Of a stretch of DNA of 34,964 nucleotides, positions 1 to 8,000 are shown in pieces. The DNA comes from an uncultured virus (IMG/VR IMGVR_UViG_3300046501_000473) (Duplodnaviria; Heunggongvirae; Uroviricota; Caudoviricetes), in the IMG/VR virus record IMGVR_UViG_3300046501_000473; one strand, written 5' to 3'. Numbering within the stretch: position 1 is the stretch's first letter; each line of letters begins with the position of its first letter. The position numbers were made by a program, and so were the translations under genes. Below the pieces are notes generated by a model that had not been told where the DNA came from, did not search any database, and saw nothing but the letters and a program-made list of their open reading frames with translations.

Positions 1-677
1 CCCGGCTTCGGGGGCTGCGCAGCGCAGGCGGTCATCTTGCGCAGATCGGCCTCGAGTTGGCCCTTCAGCCGTACATACTCGGCCGGAACAGCCCCGCGGA
101 CGGTTCCTGGCGGGCCGGGGTCCGCCGCCTTCGCCCGGTCCATGGCCTCGAGCAGCCGGTCCGCGTAGCCGACAGACACACCATGCGGGGAGCAGAAGTC
201 CCGCATCTCCCCCGCGAACTTGCGGGCCGCCGCCACCTCCGCCTTCAGGCGGTCGATCTCCGTATAGAGAAGGTCGATGGTCGGACGGGCCAGATCCGCG
301 ATTTTCTCATCGGTGGTCAGTCGGAGACGCTCCCTGAGTTTCCTCGTCTCCTCTTGGGACTCCTCAAGGCGCTGCCGCAGGACGTCCGCGTCGTCTTCCT
401 CCGGCCGATAGCCAGGCGCCAGCATCCGCTCATACTTCGGCTGCCACTCCAGACACCGCGGGCATGTCACCTCCGTGCCCTCCGGCAGGGCCCCCTGGCG
501 CATCGACTCCCCACACAGGCCGGGACCGGTGGCCCACTCGTCGAACATCGGCAGCCACGAGTAAACGGCCAGGTGCACACCATCCGGATCGTCAGAGATG
601 ATCGTGGCCGCCACCGGACGGAGGTAGCGGCGCGCCTTGTCCAGCTCGGTCGCTTCGGTCGCTGGTTGGTCGGTCAT
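1..677 (-). CDS. hypothetical protein, partial (runs off left edge); CPRC motif and coiled-coil-like stretch
   Basis: ATG at 677 overlaps the TGA of the upstream gene (ATGA). Frame MTDQPATEATELDKARRYLRP...EVTCPRCLEW...LRQRLEESQEETRKLRERL stays open to base 1. Not in the ORF track because there is no stop in the window. Confidence 0.75.
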   Translation of the reverse strand, partial: MTDQPATEATELDKARRYLRPVAATIISDDPDGVHLAVYSWLPMFDEWATGPGLCGESMRQGALPEGTEVTCPRCLEWQPKYERMLAPGYRPEEDDADVLRQRLEESQEETRKLRERLRLTTDEKIADLARPTIDLLYTEIDRLKAEVAAARKFAGEMRDFCSPHGVSVGYADRLLEAMDRAKAADPGPPGTVRGAVPAEYVRLKGQLEADLRKMTACAAQPPKP

Positions 678-871
678 GCTGCTCCTTCAAGGGATGAGGG
701 GTTCCAGGTGTCCGGGCCGGGGATCGTGCGGACACGACGCCCGTGGTGCCGGGTGGGCCAGATACGGCCGATCGGCCTCCCGGACTTCGGGCAGTCGCCG
801 TGCCGGTAAAGCAGGCCGCGGGCGGACAGGCCGACCTCGCGGTGGCAGACCGGGCACGGGATACGAATCAT
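674..871 (-). CDS. small hypothetical protein with CxxC...HxxC (possible Zn-binding)
   Basis: MIRIPCPVCHREVG...YRHGDCP...EGAA; ATGA coupling at both ends. Confidence 0.65.
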   Translation of the reverse strand: MIRIPCPVCHREVGLSARGLLYRHGDCPKSGRPIGRIWPTRHHGRRVRTIPGPDTWNPSSLEGAA

Positions 872-1095
872 CGGACGGTCCTCCGATGCCGGGCCGGGAC
901 AACCCGGGGACGGCGGGAGCGGGCTATGGCCTCCAGCACGGTGGCCAGGCCCATCACCCCGGCCGCGGCGACCGGGTTCACCCACATCGGCGGCCGGTAC
1001 GTACCGGTGACGGCTATCCACACGCCGGCGAACGCCCCGGCGAGGGCGACGATGAGACCGATCTGATCGAACAGGATGCGAAGGCATGGAGGCAT
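868..1095 (-). CDS. small membrane protein (two hydrophobic segments)
   Basis: IGLIVALAGAFAGVWIAV and VAAAGVMGLATVL; GGGAGG RBS upstream. Confidence 0.65.
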   Translation of the reverse strand: MPPCLRILFDQIGLIVALAGAFAGVWIAVTGTYRPPMWVNPVAAAGVMGLATVLEAIARSRRPRVVPARHRRTVR

Positions 1096-1193
1096 CAGCC
1101 CTCCCAGGGTTGGTGTGACGGTGGGTAGTTGCCCGCCTGGGGGCGGAGGAGACTTTCAACGGAATTTCGTCACGCTGCGTTGACTGAGTCGGG

Positions 1194-1640
1194 CTACGGC
1201 TGCCGTTCCGACAGAGCGGCCAGCACGGAAAGGCCTGCCTGGCGCTTCGCCGGAATGTGCATCCACCGTGTGGCCAGCTCTGTCACCCGACGCACGGAGT
1301 CCTCGGCGCGAACGTCAACCGGCTGGGCATGCTGAAGGTCGGCCGGCCCGACAGGCCCCACACCTTGCGTGGTAGCCCGCCGCTTCCACTTCCACGCCCG
1401 CTGGCGCGCGTTCAAGTACTTCCTGCGCAGCTCCGCCTCGTCCGTCTCATCCGACCGACTCTCGGCGAACTGCAGGATGCCGTCACGCAGCCGGCGTCCC
1501 TCGATGTAGTCCAGACCGCCCTTGCGTTCAGCACGAGCAACCAGGATGAGGAGCTGCTCGAGGGTCGGCAGGTTCTTCTGCTTGGACGGGACGGGCCCGC
1601 CACCCTGAGGCGACGGGCCCACCTGCACCGGGGCGGTCAT
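1194..1640 (-). CDS. hypothetical protein
   Basis: 148-aa ORF with high GC3, ATGA-coupled to the upstream gene. Confidence 0.7.
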   Translation of the reverse strand: MTAPVQVGPSPQGGGPVPSKQKNLPTLEQLLILVARAERKGGLDYIEGRRLRDGILQFAESRSDETDEAELRRKYLNARQRAWKWKRRATTQGVGPVGPADLQHAQPVDVRAEDSVRRVTELATRWMHIPAKRQAGLSVLAALSERQP

Positions 1641-1978
1641 CGAACCGGCTCCAAGGCCAGGGCGGCGAGTTCGGCAGCAGCGTCCTCGTCACCAGCAACG
1701 GCCCGCACATCCAGTGGCAGCGTCGACCACACGTCACCGAGCCACTCCATCGCCCACTCGTCAGGCCGGGAAGCCTCCATGGAGCTGTACACGGTGCGCA
1801 GAGCGTCGATGAGCGGCAGGGTCTGCGCACCGGCGTAGGCGGCCACGTTGACCGTCAGCTGGGCTACCAGGTCGGCCGCCCCGTCAGGACTGCCGAGCCG
1901 GATCGGGGTGTCGCGGACGATGTCGGCGATCGTGCGGGCGAGCGGTGCGAGGGGCTTCAACTTGGGTGTTGTGGTCAC
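1637..1978 (-). CDS. hypothetical protein
   Basis: GTG start at 1978 overlaps the stop of the upstream gene (GTGA); VTTTPKLKPLAPLART... Confidence 0.7.
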   Translation of the reverse strand: MTTTPKLKPLAPLARTIADIVRDTPIRLGSPDGAADLVAQLTVNVAAYAGAQTLPLIDALRTVYSSMEASRPDEWAMEWLGDVWSTLPLDVRAVAGDEDAAAELAALALEPVR

Positions 1979-2490
1979 TCGCCACCGCCCAGGCCTGCCG
2001 CGGCAGCCAGGTCGACGGTGTCGATGAAGGCGGTGTCCTTCTCGTGCGCCTCGGTGATGAGCGGCTCCACAGCACGCCAGCGCGCTGCGGCCTGGACGTC
2101 CGGTGCCTCGCGGGCCTCGGTGGAGGCCTTGGACGACTCCGCCAGACGGCGGCCGTCCTTCACCCACTGCTCCATCTCGTCCAGGTCCTTCGCGACGTTC
2201 CGCTCGAGCCAGTCCGTGTGCTCTTCCGGGTCCGGTCCGTCCTCGAACGGGCCCTGGAACCAGACGGTGATCTCCGCAGCCTTGCCCGGGTCGACCTCGT
2301 TCAGGGCGTGCAGGGCTCGCGCGAAGCCGGCAGTCATGGATCCGGCGATGGCCTGCCAGCCCATGGCGGCCGGATGCTTGGGAAGCGGGGAGACGAGAGT
2401 GCGGGTGTGGAGCTCGCCGAGGTCGGTGAGGAGCTGCTCGGGAGTCTGCGGGATCTCAATGTCGGTCTCGGTCTCGGGTGTGGCGGTCAT
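1975..2490 (-). CDS. hypothetical protein
   Basis: MTATPETETDIEIP...; GAGGAGG RBS upstream of ATG 2490. Confidence 0.75.
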   Translation of the reverse strand: MTATPETETDIEIPQTPEQLLTDLGELHTRTLVSPLPKHPAAMGWQAIAGSMTAGFARALHALNEVDPGKAAEITVWFQGPFEDGPDPEEHTDWLERNVAKDLDEMEQWVKDGRRLAESSKASTEAREAPDVQAAARWRAVEPLITEAHEKDTAFIDTVDLAAAAGLGGGE

Positions 2491-2504
2491 GCGGGGTTGC
2501 CTCC

Positions 2505-3050
2505 TCAGGCGGGCAGGTAGTGGATGCGGATGGCCTGGTCGTCGCCCTCGGCGGCGTCCCAGTCGACGAGCCACGGGCACTCGGCGCCCTCGGGCTGCCA
2601 CTCGAAGACCGCCCAGTGCGCGCGGATGTCGTCGAAGTCGACGTAGTCGAGGTCCACGCCGCCCATCTCGTCCAGGTAGGTGCGGGCCGCGGCGATGGCC
2701 TTCGCTCGGTCGCCGGTGAGGACGATCAGGTCACCGTCCTCACCGATGGAACAGAGCGGGACGCCTTCCCATACACCTTCCAGGTCGTCGACGGTGGGGA
2801 TGAAGCGTCCCATCGGAAGGTCGGGGACGGGCACGACCTGCTCGAGGTAGCGCAGGCCCTCGTAGTCGGGGCGGAGGGGCAGGTTGGAGCGCTGCCCGTC
2901 CAGGCGGACCCGCAGGCTGGCCGGGTCGTCGGTGATGGCGGTGATGATGCCCGGCAGGTACAGGGTTTCGGAGTCGTCGTGCAGGCTGCGGTAGTACGCG
3001 AACTCGACACGGCGGCCGATGACGGCCAGGTCCTCGAGGGTGCTCGTCAT
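2505..3050 (-). CDS. hypothetical protein
   Basis: 181-aa ORF, high GC3, coupled start. Confidence 0.75.
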   Translation of the reverse strand: MTSTLEDLAVIGRRVEFAYYRSLHDDSETLYLPGIITAITDDPASLRVRLDGQRSNLPLRPDYEGLRYLEQVVPVPDLPMGRFIPTVDDLEGVWEGVPLCSIGEDGDLIVLTGDRAKAIAAARTYLDEMGGVDLDYVDFDDIRAHWAVFEWQPEGAECPWLVDWDAAEGDDQAIRIHYLPA

Positions 3051-3568
3051 GCGGAATGCGCCCCCGCCCTGGCGAGACGCTTAGCGCAGTCCGTCCAAGC
3101 GACGACAGGCGGGAACTCGCCCTTTCCCCACGGCCCGGTACAGGCCTCGCAGATCTCCATCTCGCTCAGGTGCGAGCAGGTCTCCTTGCCGGGGATCTCG
3201 TTGCCGTCTTCGTCGACGAAGTCGTCGCACTCCTTCTCCAGGCACTCCAGGTCGCCTCCAGTAACGGTGACCGGGGTGTGAGTGAGAGGAGCTTGCCTCG
3301 ACTCTCCGTCGCGCAGGGAACGCTTCCTGGCACGGCAGGAGGCCCACGGCACCATCTCGCCGCACTCCTCGGAGCAGGCGCCGCACGCCTCGCCTGCTGG
3401 TGCATCGAGGCAGATCGGTCCGCTGTCGCTGGACGGGTGTCGTTCCCGCCAGGCATCCCAGGCGTCGCCGAAGAACTCGTACCTCGGCTCGGCCCCGTGG
3501 GGGCACTCCGTGGCGCCTGCTTCCCAGAACCATGGCTCGGGCTTGTGATCCTCAAGGGCGGTCGTCAT
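3047..3568 (-). CDS. Cys-rich hypothetical protein
   Basis: 173 aa with several CxxC/CxH motifs; ATGA coupling. Confidence 0.75.
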   Translation of the reverse strand: MTTALEDHKPEPWFWEAGATECPHGAEPRYEFFGDAWDAWRERHPSSDSGPICLDAPAGEACGACSEECGEMVPWASCRARKRSLRDGESRQAPLTHTPVTVTGGDLECLEKECDDFVDEDGNEIPGKETCSHLSEMEICEACTGPWGKGEFPPVVAWTDCAKRLARAGAHSA

Positions 3569-4011
3569 GGCGTGGTGGTCTCCTTCGGGGTCTTAGAGCG
3601 TCGGGTGAACGGGAGCCGGCCGGAGGGCCGCGTGAACATGCGCCGTACGGGCGGCCGGGACGGGGTACGCGCGGGCTCGAGGACCGCCGTCACGATGTCG
3701 GGATGCCACAGCTCGATCCACACGCCGTGGCGCCGCCACACGCACGTCACACGGCCCGGCGTGCTGTAGTCGAACCCCGGCCGCTGATCGCCGACGCCGC
3801 CCAGAACAAGCGGGTACTCAGACGCGAACAGGCGCAGAGCATGCGCGGCACCCGGGCCGACCACCTCAGCAACCAGCCGCGGTGAGCCGTCCGGAGCCTT
3901 CGTCTCACGCCAGTCGGGCACGCGGGCCCTGAAGTTGCGGTGGTTGGTGAACAGGTACCAGGCCTTCACGGCGTGGTCCTTCTCGGTGGCGACAGTCTCG
4001 GGATCGGTCAT
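3565..4011 (-). CDS. hypothetical protein
   Basis: MTDPETVATEKDHAVKAWY...; AGGAAGG upstream of ATG 4011; C-terminal part of track ORF 3565..4674. Confidence 0.7.
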   Translation of the reverse strand: MTDPETVATEKDHAVKAWYLFTNHRNFRARVPDWRETKAPDGSPRLVAEVVGPGAAHALRLFASEYPLVLGGVGDQRPGFDYSTPGRVTCVWRRHGVWIELWHPDIVTAVLEPARTPSRPPVRRMFTRPSGRLPFTRRSKTPKETTTP

Positions 4012-4035
4012 GAGGCCTTCCTGCGGGTGAGGGAG

Positions 4036-4051
4036 CGGTAGAGGTGGTGGA
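4036..4051. repeat. 16-bp direct repeat CGGTAGAGGTGGTGGA, copy 1
   Basis: Identical to 4839-4854; the two copies bracket the methyltransferase gene. Confidence 0.9.
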
Positions 4052-4061
4052 TGGTGCGGGA

Positions 4062-4817
4062 TCACGCGGCGGGCAGCGTCAACGCCGATAGACGGCGCAC
4101 CGCGGCTTCCGCGTAGGGTTCGTGGGCTTCGATGCCGATCGCCCGGCGTCCGGCCTGGCGGGCGGCGTCCAAGGTGCTGCCGCTTCCGGCGAACGGGTCG
4201 ATGACCAGGCCGCCTTCGGGGCAGGCGTAGGCGATGAGGTGCTCCAGAAGCCCGGTTACCGGCTTCTCCGTCGGATGGATCGCAGCCCGCTGCATCGACT
4301 TCGCGTACAGCACCGACCGTGCGAGGCGGAGTCCGTCGTCGCTGTAGGTGGCGCCGCCGATGTCCCCGGTGTGCGGGGGCCGGGCAGCGCGGGCGCTGAC
4401 GGTGCGGCCCTTGCTGTTGTAGGTGGACGGCAGTCGTGGGACGTCGCGGTGGATGCTGGCCCAGTTGCCGCGGTACCAGTGGGTGGCGATCTCGTGGACG
4501 CGGCGAAAGCGGTCGGTGGCGAATCCGCTGCCGTTGTGCTTCTCCCACACGACGTCCTGGCTGAGCTTCCAGTCGGCGAACTCCGGTCCGCGGTCGAGGA
4601 ACATGCGCATCGAGCCGAAGCACCACATCGACGATGCGGCGGCAGCCGCGAGGGCCGGCCAACCGGTGGGCCACCGGTCCCAGGCGAGGCTGGTTTCCGC
4701 ATACGGTGGATCGGCCACGATCAAGTCGGCCTGCACTCCGAGCTCGGGCAGGACTTCCCGCATGTCGCCCAGGTACAGGGCTATCCCGGTGTCGGTGTCT
4801 TTCCAGTAGGGCTTCAC
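4062..4817 (-). CDS. DNA amino-methyltransferase (m6A/m4C), beta class, orphan
   Basis: Catalytic DPPY precedes the SAM-binding DPFAGSGST; HPTEKP motif; GTG start 4817; no restriction endonuclease recognisable nearby. Confidence 0.92.
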   Translation of the reverse strand: MKPYWKDTDTGIALYLGDMREVLPELGVQADLIVADPPYAETSLAWDRWPTGWPALAAAAASSMWCFGSMRMFLDRGPEFADWKLSQDVVWEKHNGSGFATDRFRRVHEIATHWYRGNWASIHRDVPRLPSTYNSKGRTVSARAARPPHTGDIGGATYSDDGLRLARSVLYAKSMQRAAIHPTEKPVTGLLEHLIAYACPEGGLVIDPFAGSGSTLDAARQAGRRAIGIEAHEPYAEAAVRRLSALTLPAA

Positions 4818-4838
4818 GTGGCGGCCTTTCGCGCGCAT

Positions 4839-4854
4839 CGGTAGAGGTGGTGGA
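4839..4854. repeat. 16-bp direct repeat CGGTAGAGGTGGTGGA, copy 2
   Basis: Identical to 4036-4051. Confidence 0.9.
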
Positions 4855-4892
4855 GGGTTCGGGGTGTGAGCTGCCAGACCGCCAGTGGGTAG

Positions 4893-4909
4893 AGCAGGAA
4901 CGCGGTCAC
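4893..4909. repeat. 17-bp direct repeat AGCAGGAACGCGGTCAC, copy 1
   Basis: Identical to 5673-5689; contains the TGA stop of gene 4906..5289. Confidence 0.9.
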
Positions 4910-5289
4910 GGCGTCCGCCTGCGCAGCCGGCCCGCGGTGTCACGGAGCAGGGCGATCGCCTTGGCTGTGCCGTTGCCCTTGTAGTCGCACCAGGTGGCCA
5001 GGGAAGGCGCATTGGTACGCGCGAGGACTGCCACCACTACGGCCCGGGTGAACGGGTCGCGTCCGAGGTGCAGGGGGGTGCCGTGCATGGCCACGTTGAT
5101 CGCACCGTCCAGGTCCACCGCGCACCGGTCCGGCGGGGTGCCGTCCCTGAATTGCCGGGTGTTGAACAGGTAGTGCTTGTAGAACCCGAACCTGACGATG
5201 TGGGCGCGGGCCCTATCGCAGGCGTCGGCGATCTCCGCGTCGGTAGGCGTGGTGGGCGCGGATACGTTCTGAACGATCACCGCTTGCAC
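4906..5289 (-). CDS. hypothetical protein, DUF6197-like
   Basis: Pattern A..I...G....(C)..DGAINVA...ATWCD...AIALLRDTA resembles DUF6197 phage proteins (by eye). Confidence 0.6.
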   Translation of the reverse strand: MQAVIVQNVSAPTTPTDAEIADACDRARAHIVRFGFYKHYLFNTRQFRDGTPPDRCAVDLDGAINVAMHGTPLHLGRDPFTRAVVVAVLARTNAPSLATWCDYKGNGTAKAIALLRDTAGRLRRRTP

Positions 5290-5603
5290 TCCCCTTCATG
5301 GAGGGGCTTCAGCAGGTGGTCGACCTCCGCGACCAGGTACACGTGGTGCGGGCCCTGCAATGCCAGCACCTCGCCGCGGCCTGGCACGGCACCAGGCGGC
5401 CGGATCTCCCACCGCATACCGTCCGGTGCCGGCCACACGTACAGGCGGTCACCGCGCTTCGCGGCAGCCTGCTGGCCGGTGGCCTCGATGGGGATGCGGA
5501 CCTCGATGTAGTCGGGGGTGGCAGTGGCTGCCCAGCCCAGGCGGGCGAGGTGGTTGGTGACCCTGGCTGTGAATGGGGCGGGCAGGGCGGCGAGGGTGTT
5601 CAT
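5277..5603 (-). CDS. hypothetical protein
   Basis: MNTLAALPAPFTARVTNHLARLGW...; GAAGGG upstream of ATG 5603. Confidence 0.7.
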   Translation of the reverse strand: MNTLAALPAPFTARVTNHLARLGWAATATPDYIEVRIPIEATGQQAAAKRGDRLYVWPAPDGMRWEIRPPGAVPGRGEVLALQGPHHVYLVAEVDHLLKPLHEGECKR

Positions 5604-5672
5604 GGGGTGCCCTTCGGACGTAGGGGCGGGTTCATCCGCGAGGTCTGGGAAAGTGGAGGGTGCGAGGCGTGA

Positions 5673-5689
5673 AGCAGGAACGCGGTCAC
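5673..5689. repeat. 17-bp direct repeat AGCAGGAACGCGGTCAC, copy 2
   Basis: Identical to 4893-4909; contains the TGA stop of gene 5686..6099. Confidence 0.9.
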
Positions 5690-6099
5690 CACGGCGACTC
5701 GCCATCTCCCCAGCCGAACCCGACAGCCGTACGCCCGCGTCGGATGCGGCGCGGCATCCCCCAACGCTGCTCGTCCAGACGGGCCTGGATGCGCAGCCAC
5801 GGGTGGCAGACGTCGGTCTTGCAGTCCGCGCAGTACGGGTCCGCGCTCTCACCGGTGTGGTCCGCAGCCCACGCGGTGGCGGCGTGGTACTTCGCAGGCT
5901 CCGCGGTCAGGCGGGCACTGCGACGCCGCAGCATCCGGCCCAGGATGGTTGCCTGGTCCGGCTTCTCCCAGGTGTGCGTGTCACTGAGAGCAGGCGCCCA
6001 GCGACGGCCGTGACAGTCCTGCGCGGTTCCACACCAGAGGCAGCCGTACGGCGCGTCGAAGGACTTCACCGACTCGGGCAGGTCCAGGGTGATCTTCAC
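5686..6099 (-). CDS. Cys/His-containing hypothetical protein
   Basis: VKITLDLPESV...GCLWCG...CHG...YCADC...C; GTG start with GGAAGG RBS (alternative ATG at 6129). Confidence 0.7.
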   Translation of the reverse strand: MKITLDLPESVKSFDAPYGCLWCGTAQDCHGRRWAPALSDTHTWEKPDQATILGRMLRRRSARLTAEPAKYHAATAWAADHTGESADPYCADCKTDVCHPWLRIQARLDEQRWGMPRRIRRGRTAVGFGWGDGESPW

Positions 6100-6137
6100 T
6101 GTGCGCCTTCCGGCAGTTCGGGTCCGCATAAGGGTGA

Positions 6138-6178
6138 GGGCCGCCCACCGCGGGCTGCGATGTCTGGGTGGGCGGCCC
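6138..6178. other. intergenic 12-bp stem-loop
   Basis: GGGCCGCCCACC (6138-6149) / GGTGGGCGGCCC (6167-6178). Confidence 0.7.
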
Positions 6179-6205
6179 GATCGTGGTGGGGGGTGGGACT
6201 GTCGG

Positions 6206-6352
6206 TCAGTTGGTTCCAGGGCCTACGGCCGGAACGTTGGGGGCCCCCGGCAGGGGAAGACTGAGCGCCTGCCGCAGCGCGTCCATCTGCGCCTGGCTGT
6301 CCGCCAACTCCTCAGCGGTAGCGGTCTCGGTCCAGTCCTGTTCGTTGTCCAT
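6206..6352 (-). CDS. small hypothetical protein (48 aa)
   Basis: MDNEQDWTETATAEELADSQAQMDALRQAL...; GAAGGAG RBS; below the ORF-track cutoff. Confidence 0.65.
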   Translation of the reverse strand: MDNEQDWTETATAEELADSQAQMDALRQALSLPLPGAPNVPAVGPGTN

Positions 6353-6372
6353 GTCGGGCTCCTTCACTTCGC

Positions 6373-6660
6373 CTACGCGGCCAGCAGGCGCTGCGCCGCC
6401 TTGTCGAACAGGCGCCGGTACACCCGCATGCGGTGCCCCGGCTCCTCCTTGCTCATCTGCTGCTCGGTGTCGTGGAGCAGGCCGCGCACCGTCAAGACCA
6501 GGCCGGACGGGATGGCTACCGTGTGGGTGCCGGTGTCCGCGTCCATCTGGGCGTTCTGCAGGGCCAGCTCGATCTCCGGCCCGGCGGTTGTTGCGGGAAG
6601 CGACTGGCGGAGGGCTCGGACGATGCGGGCAGGGAGGGTGATGACGGTGGCGTTCTGCAT
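6373..6660 (-). CDS. hypothetical protein
   Basis: 95 aa; GGAGGA RBS; high GC3. Confidence 0.75.
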   Translation of the reverse strand: MQNATVITLPARIVRALRQSLPATTAGPEIELALQNAQMDADTGTHTVAIPSGLVLTVRGLLHDTEQQMSKEEPGHRMRVYRRLFDKAAQRLLAA

Positions 6661-6696
6661 GTTCGGTCCTCCGTGAGGCGTCGGCCGGGGGGTGTG

Positions 6697-6801
6697 GGGT
6701 CCTGCCCCGAGGTTCCGGGGGGGGCGGGGCAGGACCCTGGGGGGGGGTGGCCTCCGAGGGGGCGGAGGCCGGGGAGGGCCTCCCGAGGGGGGAGGGAGGC
6801 C
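6697..6801. repeat. three tandem stem-loops in a G-run-rich spacer
   Basis: Stems 6697-6709/6725-6737 (13 bp), 6749-6756/6763-6770 and 6777-6784/6794-6801 (8 bp each, both beginning GGCCTCC). Confidence 0.75.
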
Positions 6802-6811
6802 GCTGGTGGCT

Positions 6812-7348
6812 CTACTGGTCGTAGTGGTCGCTGGGGTCGTCGGGCTCGCCCTGCCGGGTCATGTAGGCCGAGCTGTCCGGCCAGAGAGACCTGACGTGGG
6901 CGGCAGTTACGGATGCAGCCCGCGCCCCGCCGGGAAACGCCTGCCGATTGATTCGCGACACGACGGCCCGAAGCGCGGGTCGGCCCTCAGGGGGCACCTC
7001 GCCGACTCGATCCGGGGTCCACAGATCGCCGTATACGGCCTCCCAAGCCAGCCGCCGGCCCTTGCTGGCGGGGACACGCTGGCCAGGACGGGACTCGAGC
7101 AGCGCTATGAAGCGGGACACGGCTACGTGGAAGTCGGCGGTCGGGGGGACGGGCTTGGTGTGGGGTCGGTCGGCAACGATGCGGTAATAACGGACCCTGT
7201 AGCCGAAGTCAGCCCACTCTTCAGCGTGCTTGGCGGCGGCGACGGTGAGGAGTTCCTGGCTGACCTTCTCTTCGTCTTGTGCGGTCACGTTCTCGCGGAG
7301 GGAGTCCGGGACGGTGTGGCCGTTCGGGTCAACAAGGCGCAGGTTCAC
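6812..7348 (-). CDS. hypothetical protein (first gene downstream of promoter P1)
   Basis: 178-aa ORF, GTG start, GGGGA RBS. Confidence 0.65.
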   Translation of the reverse strand: MNLRLVDPNGHTVPDSLRENVTAQDEEKVSQELLTVAAAKHAEEWADFGYRVRYYRIVADRPHTKPVPPTADFHVAVSRFIALLESRPGQRVPASKGRRLAWEAVYGDLWTPDRVGEVPPEGRPALRAVVSRINRQAFPGGARAASVTAAHVRSLWPDSSAYMTRQGEPDDPSDHYDQ

Positions 7349-7387
7349 GTGTCCCCCAGGGACGGTGGTGGTTGGTGCGGTGTGTCC

Positions 7388-7427
7388 ACTCTAGGGCATC
7401 TTCTATTACGTACGCAATACAAGATGC
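7388..7427 (-). promoter_or_regulatory. promoter P1 (housekeeping-sigma-like) with overlapping palindromic operator
   Basis: Minus strand TTGCGT-N18-TAGAGT; imperfect 32-bp palindrome GCATCTTCTATTACGTACGCAATACAAGATGC; 28 bp identical to 14241-14268. Confidence 0.8.
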
Positions 7428-7443
7428 GGGAGGATCACACACG

Positions 7444-7474
7444 AAAGGGGCCCAACCCGAAGGCCAGACCCCTC
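7444..7474 (-). terminator. intrinsic terminator after ssb
   Basis: Minus strand GAGGGGTCTGGCC-TTCG-GGTTGGGCCCCTT with a UUCG tetraloop and G-U pairs, ending in a short T run. Confidence 0.7.
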
Positions 7475-7493
7475 TGCGTACGCCCTCACCAGG

Positions 7494-8000
7494 TCAGAAA
7501 GGAGGCTCGTCCCCAGCCCACGACCCCGCGGCCTGACCCGCCGACTGCGCCGCCGCACCCCACGGATCACCCGACCCCGCCGACTGCTGCTGACGGGCCT
7601 GCTGGAACTCCTGCCGGCCCTGGCCCTGCCCCGAGTTCCCCGAAGCCTTCGTCACCTTCGCCGTGGCGGATCGAAGCGACGGACCGATCGCATCGATACG
7701 GACCGCAATCTTCGAACGCTTCTGGCCGGACTGCTTGTCCTCCCACGACTCCTGCACGGCCCGGCCCACCGCGACCACCTCCATTCCCTTGTCCAGGGAC
7801 TCACAGATGTTTTCCGCGAGCTGCTTGAAGGCCTTGCAGTCCCAGTACGTAGTATCCGCGTCGGACCACTCGCCAGAGGCCGGGTCCTTCACCCGCCGCG
7901 ACGTAACGATGGTGAACGCCGCTACAGCCATTCCCTGCGCGCTGAAACGAAGCTCAGGCGACGCGGTCAACCGGCCGGTCAAGGTCATCGTGGTGCTCAT
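7494..8000 (-). CDS. ssb: single-stranded DNA-binding protein
   Basis: TLTGRLTASPELRFS...W...LAENICESLDKGMEV...IGPSLRSATAKV, with acidic tail DEPPF typical of actinobacterial SSB. Confidence 0.97.
   Translation of the reverse strand: MSTTMTLTGRLTASPELRFSAQGMAVAAFTIVTSRRVKDPASGEWSDADTTYWDCKAFKQLAENICESLDKGMEVVAVGRAVQESWEDKQSGQKRSKIAVRIDAIGPSLRSATAKVTKASGNSGQGQGRQEFQQARQQQSAGSGDPWGAAAQSAGQAAGSWAGDEPPF

Noticed and set aside
57..809. 250-aa + strand ORF
   Set aside because: Antisense shadow of the coupled minus-strand genes; Arg/Pro-rich and no motifs
4062..4817. Complete restriction-modification system
   Set aside because: No neighbouring ORF with PD-(D/E)xK, HNH or other nuclease features
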